Assembly: GCA_965242525.1 (NCBI GenBank)
Contig: OZ251459.1
Span: 512,001-576,000, forward strand
Source of the DNA: an uncultured Candidatus Binatia bacterium
GTDB lineage: Bacteria; Desulfobacterota; Binatia; UBA9968; JAJDTQ01
DNA length: 64,000 bases
Reading direction: 5' to 3'
In this document: piece by piece, positions 1 to 9,585 of the stretch
How positions within the stretch are numbered: position 1 is the first letter of the stretch
Layout of the letters: every line of letters begins with the position of its first letter
Notes under the pieces: generated by a model
The model's database searches: none
What the model saw: only the letters and a program-made list of their open reading frames with translations
What the model was told of the DNA's origin: nothing
Position numbers and translations under genes: made by a program

Positions 1-1
1 G

Positions 2-310
2 GTGTCCGTGACCGAACGCACCCGGGAGATCGGCGTGCGCCTGGCGGTGGGCGCGAGGAAGCGGGACATCCGCCGCCAGTTCCTCACCGAGGCCCTGGTG
101 CTGAGCCTGCTGGGCGGGGTCGCGGGAATCCTGGCCGGCTCGCTGGCCTCCCTGGGACTCTCCTGGTTCGGCGGCTGGCAGATCGTCGTCTCCACCGGCT
201 CCGTCCTGCTGGCCTTCCTCTTTGCCGCGGCCATCGGCGTCTTCTTCGGCTTCCAGCCGGCCAACCGGGCCGCGCGCCTCAACCCCATCGAAGCGCTGCG
301 CTACGAGTAG
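2..310 (+). CDS. ABC transporter permease, MacB/FtsX family (C-terminal part, truncated by window edge)
   Basis: [17 protein letters not shown]...QFLTEA and the terminal [16 protein letters not shown] are typical of MacB-type permeases. Confidence 0.9.
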   Translation: MSVTERTREIGVRLAVGARKRDIRRQFLTEALVLSLLGGVAGILAGSLASLGLSWFGGWQIVVSTGSVLLAFLFAAAIGVFFGFQPANRAARLNPIEALRYE

Positions 311-356
311 GCCGCAGGTCCGGGGAGCCGGCCCCGGCGCCACTGGGATCCGTATG

Positions 357-487
357 GGAACCTCTGAACAATCGGGAGAGAGCGTCCTTCGACTTCGCTT
401 CGCTACGCTCAGGACGAACGGGGATAGGGGCGTCAGGGTGAGGGAATCGGGAATCCATCCCGGGTGTCTCGATTGTTCAGAGGTTCC
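357..487. mobile_element. MITE family A, complete copy
   Basis: TIRs GGAACCTCTGAACAATC...GATTGTTCAGAGGTTCC, flanking 4-bp duplication TATG (353-356 and 488-491), internal CTTCGACTTCGCTTCGCTACGCTCAGGACGAACG core. Confidence 0.85.
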
Positions 488-563
488 TATGGAAAGAAAG
501 ACGAGACGCCGGCCCGCCGCGGGCGGCCTCACCGGGGAGCCGAGGCCCCACTGGGGACGCCGG

Positions 564-593
564 TTGACAGCCTGCCGGGACCTCGCATAGATT
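564..593 (+). promoter_or_regulatory. Putative sigma-70 promoter for the VOC/DoxX/apaH genes
   Basis: TTGACA-18 nt-TAGATT. Confidence 0.55.
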
Positions 594-727
594 GGCTTTT
601 CCGGCTTTCGTGTGGCAGGAGGGGCAAGATATTACGGCTTGTCGTCCCCTCCCCTCAAGGCGGGAGGGAATCGGAGGCCTTCGCGTGGGAGGGGAGTGTC
701 ACAACCCACACGAATTCCTGAAGCGCC
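594..727. mobile_element. MITE family B, short copy
   Basis: Imperfect 22-bp TIRs GGCTTTTCCGGCTTTCGTGTGG and CCACACGAATTCCTGAAGCGCC; the same ends occur at 34921 and 38370. Confidence 0.65.
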
Positions 728-729
728 AA

Positions 730-828
730 GGAAATCATCTCCGTTCGTCCTGAGCGTAGCGAAGCGGAGTCGAAGGACGCGCTTTCCCGCAGCGAGAGGG
801 ATTCGAGCCGGGATCGACCGGACGTTCC
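730..828. repeat. MITE family A copy ending just before the SD of the VOC gene
   Basis: Core CGTTCGTCCTGAGCGTAGCGAAGCGGAGTCGAAGG, right TIR-like GGACGTTCC. Confidence 0.7.
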
Positions 829-845
829 CGGAAGGAGGTTTGCCC

Positions 846-1244
846 ATGGACGCCGCCAAACACGGCGCTTTCGGTTGGTGCGAGCTCATGACCACGGACG
901 TGGAAGCCGCCAAGCGGTTCTACTCCGAGCTCTTCGGTTGGACCACCCAAACCGTGACCCACGATTGCGTCGAGGGCATGGGGAAGGTGGAATACAACCT
1001 GATCAAGATGGGCGAGACCGAGGTCGGCGGGATGATGGCGTGGCCGCCGGAAGCCCGGGGGAACCCGCCGTACTGGGGCGTGTACGTGACCGTGGACGAT
1101 GTGGACGCGGCCGCGGACAAGGCCCGGGAGCTGGGCGGGAGCATGGTGGTTCCGCTGACGGACATCCCGGGGGTCGGGCGTTTCTGCGTCATCCGGGACC
1201 CACAGGGCGCGGTGATCTCCATGATCACCGAGAAGCACGAATAG
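846..1244 (+). CDS. VOC (glyoxalase/bleomycin resistance) family protein
   Basis: HGAFGWCELMTTDVEAAKRFYSELFGW...WGVYVTVDDVDA...IPGVGRF..IRDPQGA; AAGGAGG SD. Confidence 0.9.
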   Translation: MDAAKHGAFGWCELMTTDVEAAKRFYSELFGWTTQTVTHDCVEGMGKVEYNLIKMGETEVGGMMAWPPEARGNPPYWGVYVTVDDVDAAADKARELGGSMVVPLTDIPGVGRFCVIRDPQGAVISMITEKHE

Positions 1245-1343
1245 GCGGTCGCTCCGGCGCGTTCGCGCCGACCTCCCGGTGGCCGCAGGGAAGGCCGGAC
1301 CGGGAGCCGGGCGCGGGCTTCCGGAGCGGAGGAGGGACGGGTC

Positions 1344-1727
1344 ATGGGACGTTTGCTCGAAGGTATTTCCAACTACGCCTACGCGGCCATGCGGATCGTG
1401 GCCGGGGCGGCTTTCGCCCAGCACGGCGCCCAGAAGCTGTTCGGCGTCTTCGGCGGCGACGCGCCGGTGGAGTGGCTCTCGCTCATGGGCCTTGCGGGCG
1501 CCATCGAGCTTTGCGGCGGCGTGCTGGTGGCCGCGGGGCTTCTCACGAGGTACGCCGCCTTCGTCAGCAGCGGTCTCATGGCCGCAGCCTATTTCATGGC
1601 CCACGCGCGCCGGGGGTTCTGGCCCATCGAGAACGAGGGCGAGCTCGCGATGCTCTTCTGCTTCCTGTTCCTCTACATCGCGACCCGGGGCAGCGGCCCG
1701 TTGGGCCTCGACCGATCCCGCGGTTAG
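1344..1727 (+). CDS. DoxX family membrane protein
   Basis: RIVAG..F.QHGAQKLFG, ELCGGVL...GLLTR, G.GPLGLD. Confidence 0.88.
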   Translation: MGRLLEGISNYAYAAMRIVAGAAFAQHGAQKLFGVFGGDAPVEWLSLMGLAGAIELCGGVLVAAGLLTRYAAFVSSGLMAAAYFMAHARRGFWPIENEGELAMLFCFLFLYIATRGSGPLGLDRSRG

Positions 1728-1886
1728 CCCGCGGCCGCCGAGGGCGCAAGGCCCCGGGCCCGGCGTTCGCCCAGGATCTACCTGGACCTGTCCGGGACCC
1801 GTCTGGCGGCCGCCGAGGGCGCAAGGCCGCGGCCGCGCCGCCCGGAACGCGCCGGCGCCGGGCAACGCCTCGGCCGAAACCCATCC

Positions 1887-2687
1887 ATGGCAACCTACGC
1901 CATCGGTGACCTGCAAGGTTGTTACGACCCGCTCCGGCGCTTGCTGGACCGGGTGGGGTTCGATCCGGGGGCCGACGGGCTGTGGCTCACCGGCGACCTG
2001 GTGAACCGCGGCCCCCGCTCCCTGGAGGCGCTGCGCTTCGTCAAGGGGCTCGGGGCTTCCGCGGTGACGGTGCTGGGGAACCACGACCTGCACCTCCTGC
2101 GCCGGGCGGAGGGTCTCGCGCCCGGGAAACGGCTGGACACGCTGGGCCCGGTGTTGTCGGCCCCCGACCGCGACGAGTTGACGGGCTGGCTGCGCCGCCG
2201 GCCGCTCCTGCACCGGGACCGGGGGTACGTGCTGGTCCACGCCGGCCTGCTGCCCCAATGGAGCGCGGACAAGGCCGCGGCCCTGGCCCGGGAGGCCGAA
2301 TCCCGCCTGCGCGCGCCGGACTACCGGGACTTCCTGCGGGACACCCTCGCCCACGAAGCCGTCCCCTGGTCCGAGGACCTGGACGGACCGGCGCGCGGGA
2401 GTTGCGCGGTCGGCGTGCTCACGCGGCTGCGCTGCTGCACCGCCCGGGGCGAGGCGGAGGCGTCGTTCTCCGGCCCGCCTAGGGACGCCCCCGAAGGGTT
2501 CCGCCCCTGGTTCGACCTGCGCCGGGAGCCCCAAGCGGAGACCATCCTGTTCGGCCACTGGTCGGCCCTGGGCCTGCATTTCGCCGACCGCGCGGTCTGC
2601 CTCGACAGCGGCTGCGTGTGGGGCGGTTCGCTGACGGCGCTGCGGTTGGATGACGGCCAAGTCTTTCAGGTCCCTCGCGACGAGTGA
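1887..2687 (+). CDS. apaH: Symmetrical bis(5'-nucleosyl)-tetraphosphatase
   Basis: MATYAIGDLQGC, GDLVNRGP, LGNHDLH, VHAG, FGHWSALG, LDSGCVWG. Confidence 0.93.
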   Translation: MATYAIGDLQGCYDPLRRLLDRVGFDPGADGLWLTGDLVNRGPRSLEALRFVKGLGASAVTVLGNHDLHLLRRAEGLAPGKRLDTLGPVLSAPDRDELTGWLRRRPLLHRDRGYVLVHAGLLPQWSADKAAALAREAESRLRAPDYRDFLRDTLAHEAVPWSEDLDGPARGSCAVGVLTRLRCCTARGEAEASFSGPPRDAPEGFRPWFDLRREPQAETILFGHWSALGLHFADRAVCLDSGCVWGGSLTALRLDDGQVFQVPRDE

Positions 2688-3769
2688 GGGGCGGCGCGCC
2701 GTTTGCGGTCCTGTTGCGCCAGCGCCCATGCCGCGTGCTCCCGCACCAGCGGCGACGGGTCTCTGCTGCGCTGCCGCAAGGCCTCGACCACGAGGGGGTC
2801 GTAGGGCGCGTTGCCCAGCGCCACCGCCACGTTCCGCAGCCAGCACTCGTAGCCGATGCGGCGGACGGCGCTGCCCCGGGTGCAGCGGAGGAAGTCCGCC
2901 TCGCTCCAGCGAAAGAGCGCGAGCAGCTCCGGCGCGTCGAGCCCGTGCCGGGGCAGGAAGTCGGCTTCCCGCGTGGACTTGGCGTAACGGTTCCAGGGAC
3001 AGACCAGTTGGCAGTCGTCGCACCCGTAGATGCGGTTGCCCATGAGCGGCCGGAGCTCCACCGGGATGGAGCCGCGGAGCTCGATGGTGAGGTAGGAGAC
3101 GCAGCGGCGGGCGTCCAGGCGGTACGGTCCGGTGATGGCCCCGGTGGGGCAGACGTCCATGCAGGCGCGGCACGAGCCGCACCGGTCCTCCGCGGCCCGG
3201 TCCGCGGGCAGCGCCAGGTCGGTGTAGATCTCGCCCAGGAAGAACCACGAGCCCGCCTCGGTGTGGATCAGGTTGGTGTGCTTGCCGATCCAGCCCAGGC
3301 CGGCGTTGCGCGCCAGCGGCTTCTCCAGCACCGGCGCGCTGTCCGCGAACACCCGGTAGCCGAACGGCCCCGCGGCCGACTCGACGCGGTCCGCCAGGGC
3401 TTGCAGTCGCTTGCGCACCAGCCGGTGGTAGTCCCGCCCCAGGGCATAGCGGGAGACGTAGCCCAGCCGGGGGTCGCCCAGCACCCGCCAGGGGTCCGCG
3501 GCCGCTTCCGGGAGGTAGTCCATGCGGGCGGAGATGACCCGGACGGTTCCCGGAACCAGCTCCGCGGGCCGCGAGCGCCGGGTCCCGTGCCGCGCCATGT
3601 ACGCCATCTCTCCGTGCCGTCCGTGGGCGAGCCAGCGGTCCAGCAGCGCCTCGTCCGCTCCCAGGCCCACGCCGGCGATGCCTACCTGCCGGAAGCCGAG
3701 CTCGCGCCCCCACGCCTTGATGCGCTCGGCCAGACGGCCGAGCCCCGCCTCGGTCATCGCGGAGGACAT
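2666..3769 (-). CDS. queG: Epoxyqueuosine reductase
   Basis: SRYALGRDYH, DSAPVLEK, CGSCRACMDVCPT, RCVSYLTIE, GCDDCQLVCPWN, RNVAVALGN. Confidence 0.95.
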   Translation of the reverse strand: MSSAMTEAGLGRLAERIKAWGRELGFRQVGIAGVGLGADEALLDRWLAHGRHGEMAYMARHGTRRSRPAELVPGTVRVISARMDYLPEAAADPWRVLGDPRLGYVSRYALGRDYHRLVRKRLQALADRVESAAGPFGYRVFADSAPVLEKPLARNAGLGWIGKHTNLIHTEAGSWFFLGEIYTDLALPADRAAEDRCGSCRACMDVCPTGAITGPYRLDARRCVSYLTIELRGSIPVELRPLMGNRIYGCDDCQLVCPWNRYAKSTREADFLPRHGLDAPELLALFRWSEADFLRCTRGSAVRRIGYECWLRNVAVALGNAPYDPLVVEALRQRSRDPSPLVREHAAWALAQQDRKRRAAPHSSRGT

Positions 3770-3772
3770 GGC

Positions 3773-4861
3773 CTACGAGGCCGGCGAGTAACCCCGGGCG
3801 AACCAGGGTTCCAGGTCCGCGGAGAACCACTCGCCCGGGACCTCCCGGCCCGCGCCCTTGCTCCGGGCCTTGTCCAGCACCGCCTTGCCCATGGCGGCGA
3901 ACTGGATCGCCATGCCGGAGTTGTTCTTGTAATAGACGATGTCCGAGTCGCGCCGGCGCCCGGGGACGGCCCGGTTCACCACCTGGCCGAGCTCCGCCAC
4001 CCGGTCCCAGGAGGTCTCGCCGGCCTCGATGGGGTCCAGCAACTCCTTCTGGCGGTTGGCGTGGACGCTTTCCCGGTCGTTGACCACGATCAGGTCGCTG
4101 CGCCGGAAGGTCTCCCGGTCCACCTCGTGGCGCTCGAACACCACGTCGCTGTTGACGATGGACACGACGGTCTGGCCCGGCTCCAGGTCCCTGCCGTCGA
4201 ACACCGGCCCCGACGAGTTGGTGGCGCAACAGACCACGTCCGCTCCCCGGACCACCTGGTGCGGCTCGTCGGCGCCCACCACCGGGATTCCCAACTCGGT
4301 TGCGAACCTCCGGCAGAAGTCTTCCCGGTGGGCCCGGGACGGGCTATGGACCGTCAGGCGTTCCAGGGGGAGGGCTTCGGCCAGCGCCCGGGCGTGCAGT
4401 TCGGCCTGGTGGCCGGTGCCGAAGAGGCCGGCCGTCCGGGAGTCCGCCCGCGCCAGCAGACGGACCGCGGCGCCGCTGGTGGCCCCCACCCGCAAGGGCG
4501 AGATGGTTCCGTCCACGATGATCCCCAGGAGTTCCGCGGTCTCCAGGCTGTAGATCAGGAAATGGCCCCAGTAGCGCCGGGTGGGGTGCCGGAACTCCAC
4601 GCGCCGGGTCGCGTGGTCCTTCTCCCGGGCCAGCCGGGAGTTCAGGCGCAGCGCGGCCACGCCGTACTTGGGCAGGGCGCCGGCGTGGACGTTGGCGAAG
4701 TACCGGGCCTCCGGGTCGGGCGTCGGGCACGAGTAGCGCAGCCGCGGCCGGTTGACCCCGTTGCCCCGGCCGATCTCCCGGAACACGTCCTCCATGAGGT
4801 CGATGCACTCGCGCATGGCGAGCAGGTCCCTGCCCTCATCCTCGTTGACGATCATCACCAT
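3773..4861 (-). CDS. Ornithine cyclodeaminase/mu-crystallin family protein
   Basis: LRVGATSG, GLFGTGHQA, ADVVCCATNS, YKNNSGMAIQ. Confidence 0.85.
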   Translation of the reverse strand: MVMIVNEDEGRDLLAMRECIDLMEDVFREIGRGNGVNRPRLRYSCPTPDPEARYFANVHAGALPKYGVAALRLNSRLAREKDHATRRVEFRHPTRRYWGHFLIYSLETAELLGIIVDGTISPLRVGATSGAAVRLLARADSRTAGLFGTGHQAELHARALAEALPLERLTVHSPSRAHREDFCRRFATELGIPVVGADEPHQVVRGADVVCCATNSSGPVFDGRDLEPGQTVVSIVNSDVVFERHEVDRETFRRSDLIVVNDRESVHANRQKELLDPIEAGETSWDRVAELGQVVNRAVPGRRRDSDIVYYKNNSGMAIQFAAMGKAVLDKARSKGAGREVPGEWFSADLEPWFARGYSPAS

Positions 4862-4906
4862 GGAACCCGCTCCTTTCCCCGATGCGGCGCTTGGCGGGGA
4901 ACTTGC

Positions 4907-5262
4907 GGAACCCCTGGACCATCGGACATCCGGGATGGATTCCCTCCCCCCGATCCGCTATCCCCGTTCGTCCCGAGCGTAGCGAAGCGAAGTCGAAGGA
5001 AGCGTAGCGGAGCGGAGACCTCCGTTCATCCTGAGCGTAGCGAAGCGGAGTCGAAGGACGCGCTCACGCCTCCTGTCCCGATTGTCCGGAGGGAACTTAC
5101 TACGAAACCCTCGGACAGGTACAGTAGGAAACCCTGAACGATTTGTCCCCGTTCGTCCTGAGCGTAGCGGAGCGAAGTCGAAGGAAGCGTAGTGGAGCGG
5201 AGTCGAAGGAAGCGCTTTCCCACGGGGAGGCGGGGTTCGAGCCGGAATCGTCCGGGGTTTCC
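4907..5262. repeat. Cluster of two adjacent MITE family A elements with 3-4 core palindromes
   Basis: TIR-like starts at 4907 (GGAACCCCTGGACCAT) and 5127 (GGAAACCCTGAACGAT), end GGGTTTCC at 5262; cores at about 4965, 5021 and 5149. Confidence 0.75.
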
Positions 5263-5334
5263 GGCAGGAGGACGGCAGCGGCGAGGGGGCGCCCCGGCCC
5301 CGGCCTGCGGCGCGCCCCCGGCCAGGAGGGGTCC

Positions 5335-6951
5335 ATGTCCGACGAGCGCAGGGCGTTGCGGGAGGCGGTGTCGCGGTTCATGCCGCCCAGGACCGCGGCC
5401 GACTTCTGCGACGACAACGCGCGCCGCGCGGGCGCGAAGGAGGCGCTGGTGGACTCCCGCCGCCGCCTCACCTGGGAGCGGACCGCGGAGTTCTCCGACG
5501 CCCTCGCCCTGGGGCTGCTGGACCTGGGGCTGGAACGCGACTCCCGCGTGCTCATCCAGATGCCCAACTCCGCGGAGCTCTTCCTCGCCCGGCTGGCGTG
5601 CGAGAAGGCGGGGCTGAAGCTGGTCACCGCGGCCCCGAGCCTGCGGCGGGCGGAGCTCGGCCCCATCGTCCGCTTCACCCGCCCCGAGGCCGCCATCGTC
5701 CCCGCCGCGTACCGTGGGTTCGACCACCTGGAGCTGCTGGAGCAGGTCCGCGTGCCCGAGCTGCGCCACGTGCTGGCGGCGTGGGACGAGGTCCCCCGGG
5801 GCTGCCTTTCGCTGGAGCGGGTCCTGTCCGCCGCGGTTTCGGACCACGGCCGGCGGCGCCTGTCCGCCACCCGGTACGGCGTCGAGGACGTGTGCCAACT
5901 GGCCACCACCAGCGGCTCCACCGGCCGGCCCAAGTGCGCCGCGGTGCCCCTCTACACCCGGCTGCTCACCGCCTGGAGCCACCTCCGGCGGTTCCGCGTG
6001 GACGGGGGCGACACCCTGTGCGCGGTCACCGCCATCATCTCCGGCGTCGCCGACGGGTTGATCTACAACGGCGTTTGCCAGGCGGGGGCGCGGGTGGTGC
6101 TCATGGACCGCTTCGACCCGCGCCGGACCTGCGAGACCGTGGCGCGGGAGCGGGTGGACGTGCTCCCGTTGGTCCCCACCATGATCTCCCGGCTGCTGGC
6201 CCTGGACGACCTCGACGGCCGCGACCTGGGTTCCCTGCGCATGGTGGTGAGCCACGGGTCGCTGCTGCCCCACGAGCTGGGGGTCGAGGCCGAGGCGCGG
6301 CTGGGTTGCCGGATCATGCAGGGCTACGGCAGCGTGGACTGCGGCGGCCTGTGCGCCACCTCCTGGGACGACCCCCCCGACGTCCGCATCCGGTCCGTGG
6401 GCCGGCCCCTGGAGGGCAACGAGTTGCGCGTGCTGGACGAGAGCGGCAACCAGGCGCGTCCGGGAGAGCCGGGCCGCCTGTGGGTCCGGGGCCTGCCCTC
6501 GGACGCGCGGTTCTTCGACGCCCCGGAGCTCGACGCCCGGCGGCGGCCCGACGGCTTCCTGGACCTGCAGGAGTGGGGCCGCATGGACCGCGGGGGCAAC
6601 GTCTATCTCATGGGCCGGGACCAGGACCTCATCATCCGCGGCGGACGGAACGTCTTTCCCGCGGACCTGGAGAACCTGCTGCTGCGCTGCCCCGGGGTGA
6701 AGGACGCGGCAGTGGTGGGCTACGCCCACGCGGACCTGGGCGAGGGCATCGCCGCCTGCGTGGTGCCGCAGCAAGGCGCGCGGCCGACCCTGGAGCAGGT
6801 GAGGGAGTTCCTCCGGCAACAGGGGCTGGCCCCGTTCAAGCGCCCCGACCGGCTGGAGTCGATGGACGGGTTCCCCAGGGTCGCGTCGGGAGACAAGGTG
6901 GACAAGCGGGCGCTGCGGGAGCGGGTGGAGGCGCCGAAGGCCGGGGACTGA
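5335..6951 (+). CDS. AMP-binding enzyme (acyl/aryl-CoA ligase-like)
   Basis: TTSGSTGRPK P-loop, QGYGS, GR..DLIIRGGRNVFP, SGDKVDK; AGGAGG SD. Confidence 0.88.
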   Translation: MSDERRALREAVSRFMPPRTAADFCDDNARRAGAKEALVDSRRRLTWERTAEFSDALALGLLDLGLERDSRVLIQMPNSAELFLARLACEKAGLKLVTAAPSLRRAELGPIVRFTRPEAAIVPAAYRGFDHLELLEQVRVPELRHVLAAWDEVPRGCLSLERVLSAAVSDHGRRRLSATRYGVEDVCQLATTSGSTGRPKCAAVPLYTRLLTAWSHLRRFRVDGGDTLCAVTAIISGVADGLIYNGVCQAGARVVLMDRFDPRRTCETVARERVDVLPLVPTMISRLLALDDLDGRDLGSLRMVVSHGSLLPHELGVEAEARLGCRIMQGYGSVDCGGLCATSWDDPPDVRIRSVGRPLEGNELRVLDESGNQARPGEPGRLWVRGLPSDARFFDAPELDARRRPDGFLDLQEWGRMDRGGNVYLMGRDQDLIIRGGRNVFPADLENLLLRCPGVKDAAVVGYAHADLGEGIAACVVPQQGARPTLEQVREFLRQQGLAPFKRPDRLESMDGFPRVASGDKVDKRALRERVEAPKAGD

Positions 6952-6997
6952 AGGGCCGCGGTTCGAGAGGCGGGAACCGCGGCGGAAACCGCACCAG

Positions 6998-7190
6998 GGA
7001 AAACCCTGAACGATCATCCCCGTTCGTCCTGAGCGTAGCGAAGCGAAGTCGAAGGACGCGCTTGTTTGCTCGCAAGGTCTGGATTCCCGCTTTCGCGGGA
7101 ATGACGGGATGGGGAGTGTCGCAACCCACACGAATTCCGGAAGCGCCGCTTTCCCGCAGGTGAGGGACTTCGAACCGGAATGGACCGGGC
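6998..7190. repeat. Composite repeat: family A core + GGATTCCCGCTTTCGCGGGAATGAC palindrome + family B end
   Basis: Direct sequence match to the other copies; lies between convergent genes. Confidence 0.75.
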
Positions 7191-7203
7191 GGGGCGCCGG
7201 GCG

Positions 7204-7398
7204 TCAGCCCTCGTTGACGTGGACGCGGATGGCTCCGTAGGCGCAGTCCCACTGGCAGACGAAGCATCCCTGGCAGTCCTGGGGGTAGGCCATGCGGGCC
7301 TTGCGGTCGGGGTCCAGGCGCAGGACGTCGGTGGGGCAGGTCTCGACGCAGACGCCGCAGCCGGTGCACGCCCGCTCGTTGACTTCAACCCGCGGCAT
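7204..7398 (-). CDS. Dicluster 4Fe-4S ferredoxin (AprB-like)
   Basis: CTGCGVCVETCP and CQGCFVCQWDC. Confidence 0.88.
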   Translation of the reverse strand: MPRVEVNERACTGCGVCVETCPTDVLRLDPDRKARMAYPQDCQGCFVCQWDCAYGAIRVHVNEG

Positions 7399-9115
7399 GG
7401 GACGGCTCCCGGTTGCGGAAGACCAGGTGCAGGTTCCGGGTGGGCCGCACCGGGATGGGGTCGTGCCAGGAGTCGGGCAGGGGCTCGTCCCACAGCTTGA
7501 GGTCCCCGTCCTCGCGCTTGACCACCACCATCCTCACCCAGTCCACGTTGTCGATGACCGGATAGTCCTCGCGGATGAACGCCACGCGGCTTTCCGTCCG
7601 GCGCCGGTAGGCGCGCAAGGTGGCCTCCAGCACCTGCAAGTACTGCTTGAGGCCCCAGGCCTTGGCGAGCTCGTGGGGGTCCCGGGCCATGAGCCGGGGC
7701 GCGTCGTGGGCGCGTATCTCCGCGAGCTCGTCCAGCGCGGCGTCGATGCGGTCGGCGTGGAGCACCAGCCCGACCTTCTCCATGAGCAGCCGTCCGAGGC
7801 GCCGGTGCACGCGGTCGAAAGCCGCTCCGTCCCGTTGCCGGAGGGGCCCATGGATATCTTCCGCCACCCGTCGGAGCTGGTCCGGTTGCGGCGGGACGGG
7901 GTTCTCCGGACGCGGCTCCCGGCCCGCGGCCCGTCCGGTCCAGTCGCCGGTGACCGAGCAGAAGGGGAGGTGGCCGCCCGGCAGCCAGGTCATGTCGGTG
8001 CAGGTGCCCGCGGCGTAGAGCCCCGGCACGGTGGTCTCGCCGCGCTCGTTGACCCGGGCGCCGGCCCCGAAGATGCCGCTGGTGCCCGCCACCTGGTAGG
8101 TATAGGGCACCGGCGTCTCCGTGAGGTCGCCGGCCACCGCCTCCTGGTTCGCCGCCACGATGGGGATCACCCGCCGGATGATCTCCATCCGTTCGGGCGG
8201 CACGTCCCGCAGGTCCATGGCCGGGACCCGGCCCCGTTCCTTCTGGTGGGCGACGGCGAAGTAGAGCAGCGCCCGGCTGGTCATCTCCATGCGCTTGGGG
8301 TCGTAGTCTTCCAGGAACCGGCGGCCGTCCCGGTCCACCCACTTGGCCCCCGAAGGCATCAGCGACTCCAGGCCCGGCGCGGACAGGGCATGGTCGGGGT
8401 TCAGGTTGATGCCCCCCAGCTCCAGCCGCGACAGCTCCGCGCCCGCGCGCATCATCATGGCGATGCCGTCGCCGGAAAGGTCGATGGGCATGTAGCCCAG
8501 GGTGCTTCCGGGCCACGGGTACGGGAACTTGTAGGGGCCGGTGCAGACCACGGTGGCGTGGGCCGCGAACTCGTGGACCTCCCCGGTGCGGGTGTGGAAC
8601 CCCGCGGCGCCCACGACCCGCCCGCGGGTGGGCAGGCGCCCGTCCGACGTGAGCAACTCTGTGAGGGCCACGCGGTTCACCACCTCCACGCCGCTGCCCA
8701 CCACCCCCGAGCGCACCGCCATCATCATCTGCGGGCCGCCTTCGGCCATCCACACGCCGTTGGCGAAGGAACGCCCCGGGGCCCCCATGCGGACGATCTT
8801 CCGGCCCTGCTTGAGCCACTTGACGCCCCAGCCGTCCATGAGCATCACGTGCTCGTGCATCACCGGCAGGGACTTGGCCAGCAGGGGCTGGTTCACCAGC
8901 GGGCCGCCGAAGGCCCGCATCCAGGCGTCCACGTCGTCCCCCGGCATGTACGACGGATAGACCCCCGACGCCAGAGCGCTGCACCCGCTGCGGCCGAAGT
9001 ACGAGCGGTCCACCAGCAGCACCCGCGCCCCGGCCTCCCGCGCCCGGTAGGCCGCAAACGCCCCGGCGATGCCGCCGCCGACCACCAGCACGTCCGTTTC
9101 CAGGCGAACCGCCAT
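7385..9115 (-). CDS. FAD-dependent oxidoreductase, SdhA/FrdA/AprA superfamily
   Basis: DVLVVGGGIAG, GRSGCS, SGDGIAM, TTVPGLYAAG, RTESR..FIREDYP. Confidence 0.88.
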   Translation of the reverse strand: MAVRLETDVLVVGGGIAGAFAAYRAREAGARVLLVDRSYFGRSGCSALASGVYPSYMPGDDVDAWMRAFGGPLVNQPLLAKSLPVMHEHVMLMDGWGVKWLKQGRKIVRMGAPGRSFANGVWMAEGGPQMMMAVRSGVVGSGVEVVNRVALTELLTSDGRLPTRGRVVGAAGFHTRTGEVHEFAAHATVVCTGPYKFPYPWPGSTLGYMPIDLSGDGIAMMMRAGAELSRLELGGINLNPDHALSAPGLESLMPSGAKWVDRDGRRFLEDYDPKRMEMTSRALLYFAVAHQKERGRVPAMDLRDVPPERMEIIRRVIPIVAANQEAVAGDLTETPVPYTYQVAGTSGIFGAGARVNERGETTVPGLYAAGTCTDMTWLPGGHLPFCSVTGDWTGRAAGREPRPENPVPPQPDQLRRVAEDIHGPLRQRDGAAFDRVHRRLGRLLMEKVGLVLHADRIDAALDELAEIRAHDAPRLMARDPHELAKAWGLKQYLQVLEATLRAYRRRTESRVAFIREDYPVIDNVDWVRMVVVKREDGDLKLWDEPLPDSWHDPIPVRPTRNLHLVFRNREPSHAAG

Positions 9116-9211
9116 CGCGCGATCTTAGACGGGCGCGGACGATTGTTCAAGCCGGGTTCCGCGGGCCATCCCCTTTGACGGACGCGCCCCCGGGCAGTAG
9201 AACAGTGCAGA

Positions 9212-9540
9212 GGAACCTCTGGACGATCGAGCCGTGGATGGGGGTATTCCCTCACGCGACCTTCCTGTCCCCGTTCGTCCTGAGCGTAGCGAAGCGGGAC
9301 CTCCGTTCATCCTGAGCGTAGCGAAGCGGAGTCGAAGGACGCGCTCATGCTCCCTCCGATTGTTCAGGGTTTCCCGGAGTCCATGGATTCCCGCTTTCGC
9401 GGGAATGACGTGGGTGGGGCGTCCGCGACGCCAACCGATGACGGCATGGTCGGAATGGGAGGGAGCAGCCTCATTGCGGGGGCGGGGAGTGCCACTACCC
9501 ACACGAATGCCTGAAGAGCCGGACCGTTCCGGGTTTCCCG
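9212..9540. repeat. Composite repeat: MITE A (9212-9374) + ATTCCC...GGGAAT palindrome + family B end
   Basis: TIRs GGAACCTCTGGACGATC / GATTGTTCAGGGTTTCC, two cores, family B terminus at about 9485-9520. Confidence 0.75.
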
Positions 9541-9585
9541 GAGGCCCGGACGGGCAAGCATACGGACAGGGGAGGGGGACGTTTC

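Noticed and set aside
1731-1828. 23-bp direct repeat GCGGCCGCCGAGGGCGCAAGGCC twice with a 52-nt spacer (mini-CRISPR?)
   Set aside because: Only two units, no leader or cas genes; more likely a local duplication in a GC-rich spacer
735-4229. Very long alternative ORFs (1164 aa here; also 39757-43011, 17629-20304 and others)
   Set aside because: Arg/Gly/Pro-rich shadow frames overlapping well-supported genes, expected at this GC content
5143-5334. N-terminal extensions such as PFVLSVAKRSRR, ASFDFASLRSG and VIPAKAGI in many ORFs
   Set aside because: These are translations of the intergenic repeats; downstream ATGs with good SD sites are better starts
7204-9115. Dissimilatory APS reductase or succinate dehydrogenase call
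   Set aside because: No sat/qmo/dsr or SdhB/C genes nearby, and diagnostic motifs could not be confirmed
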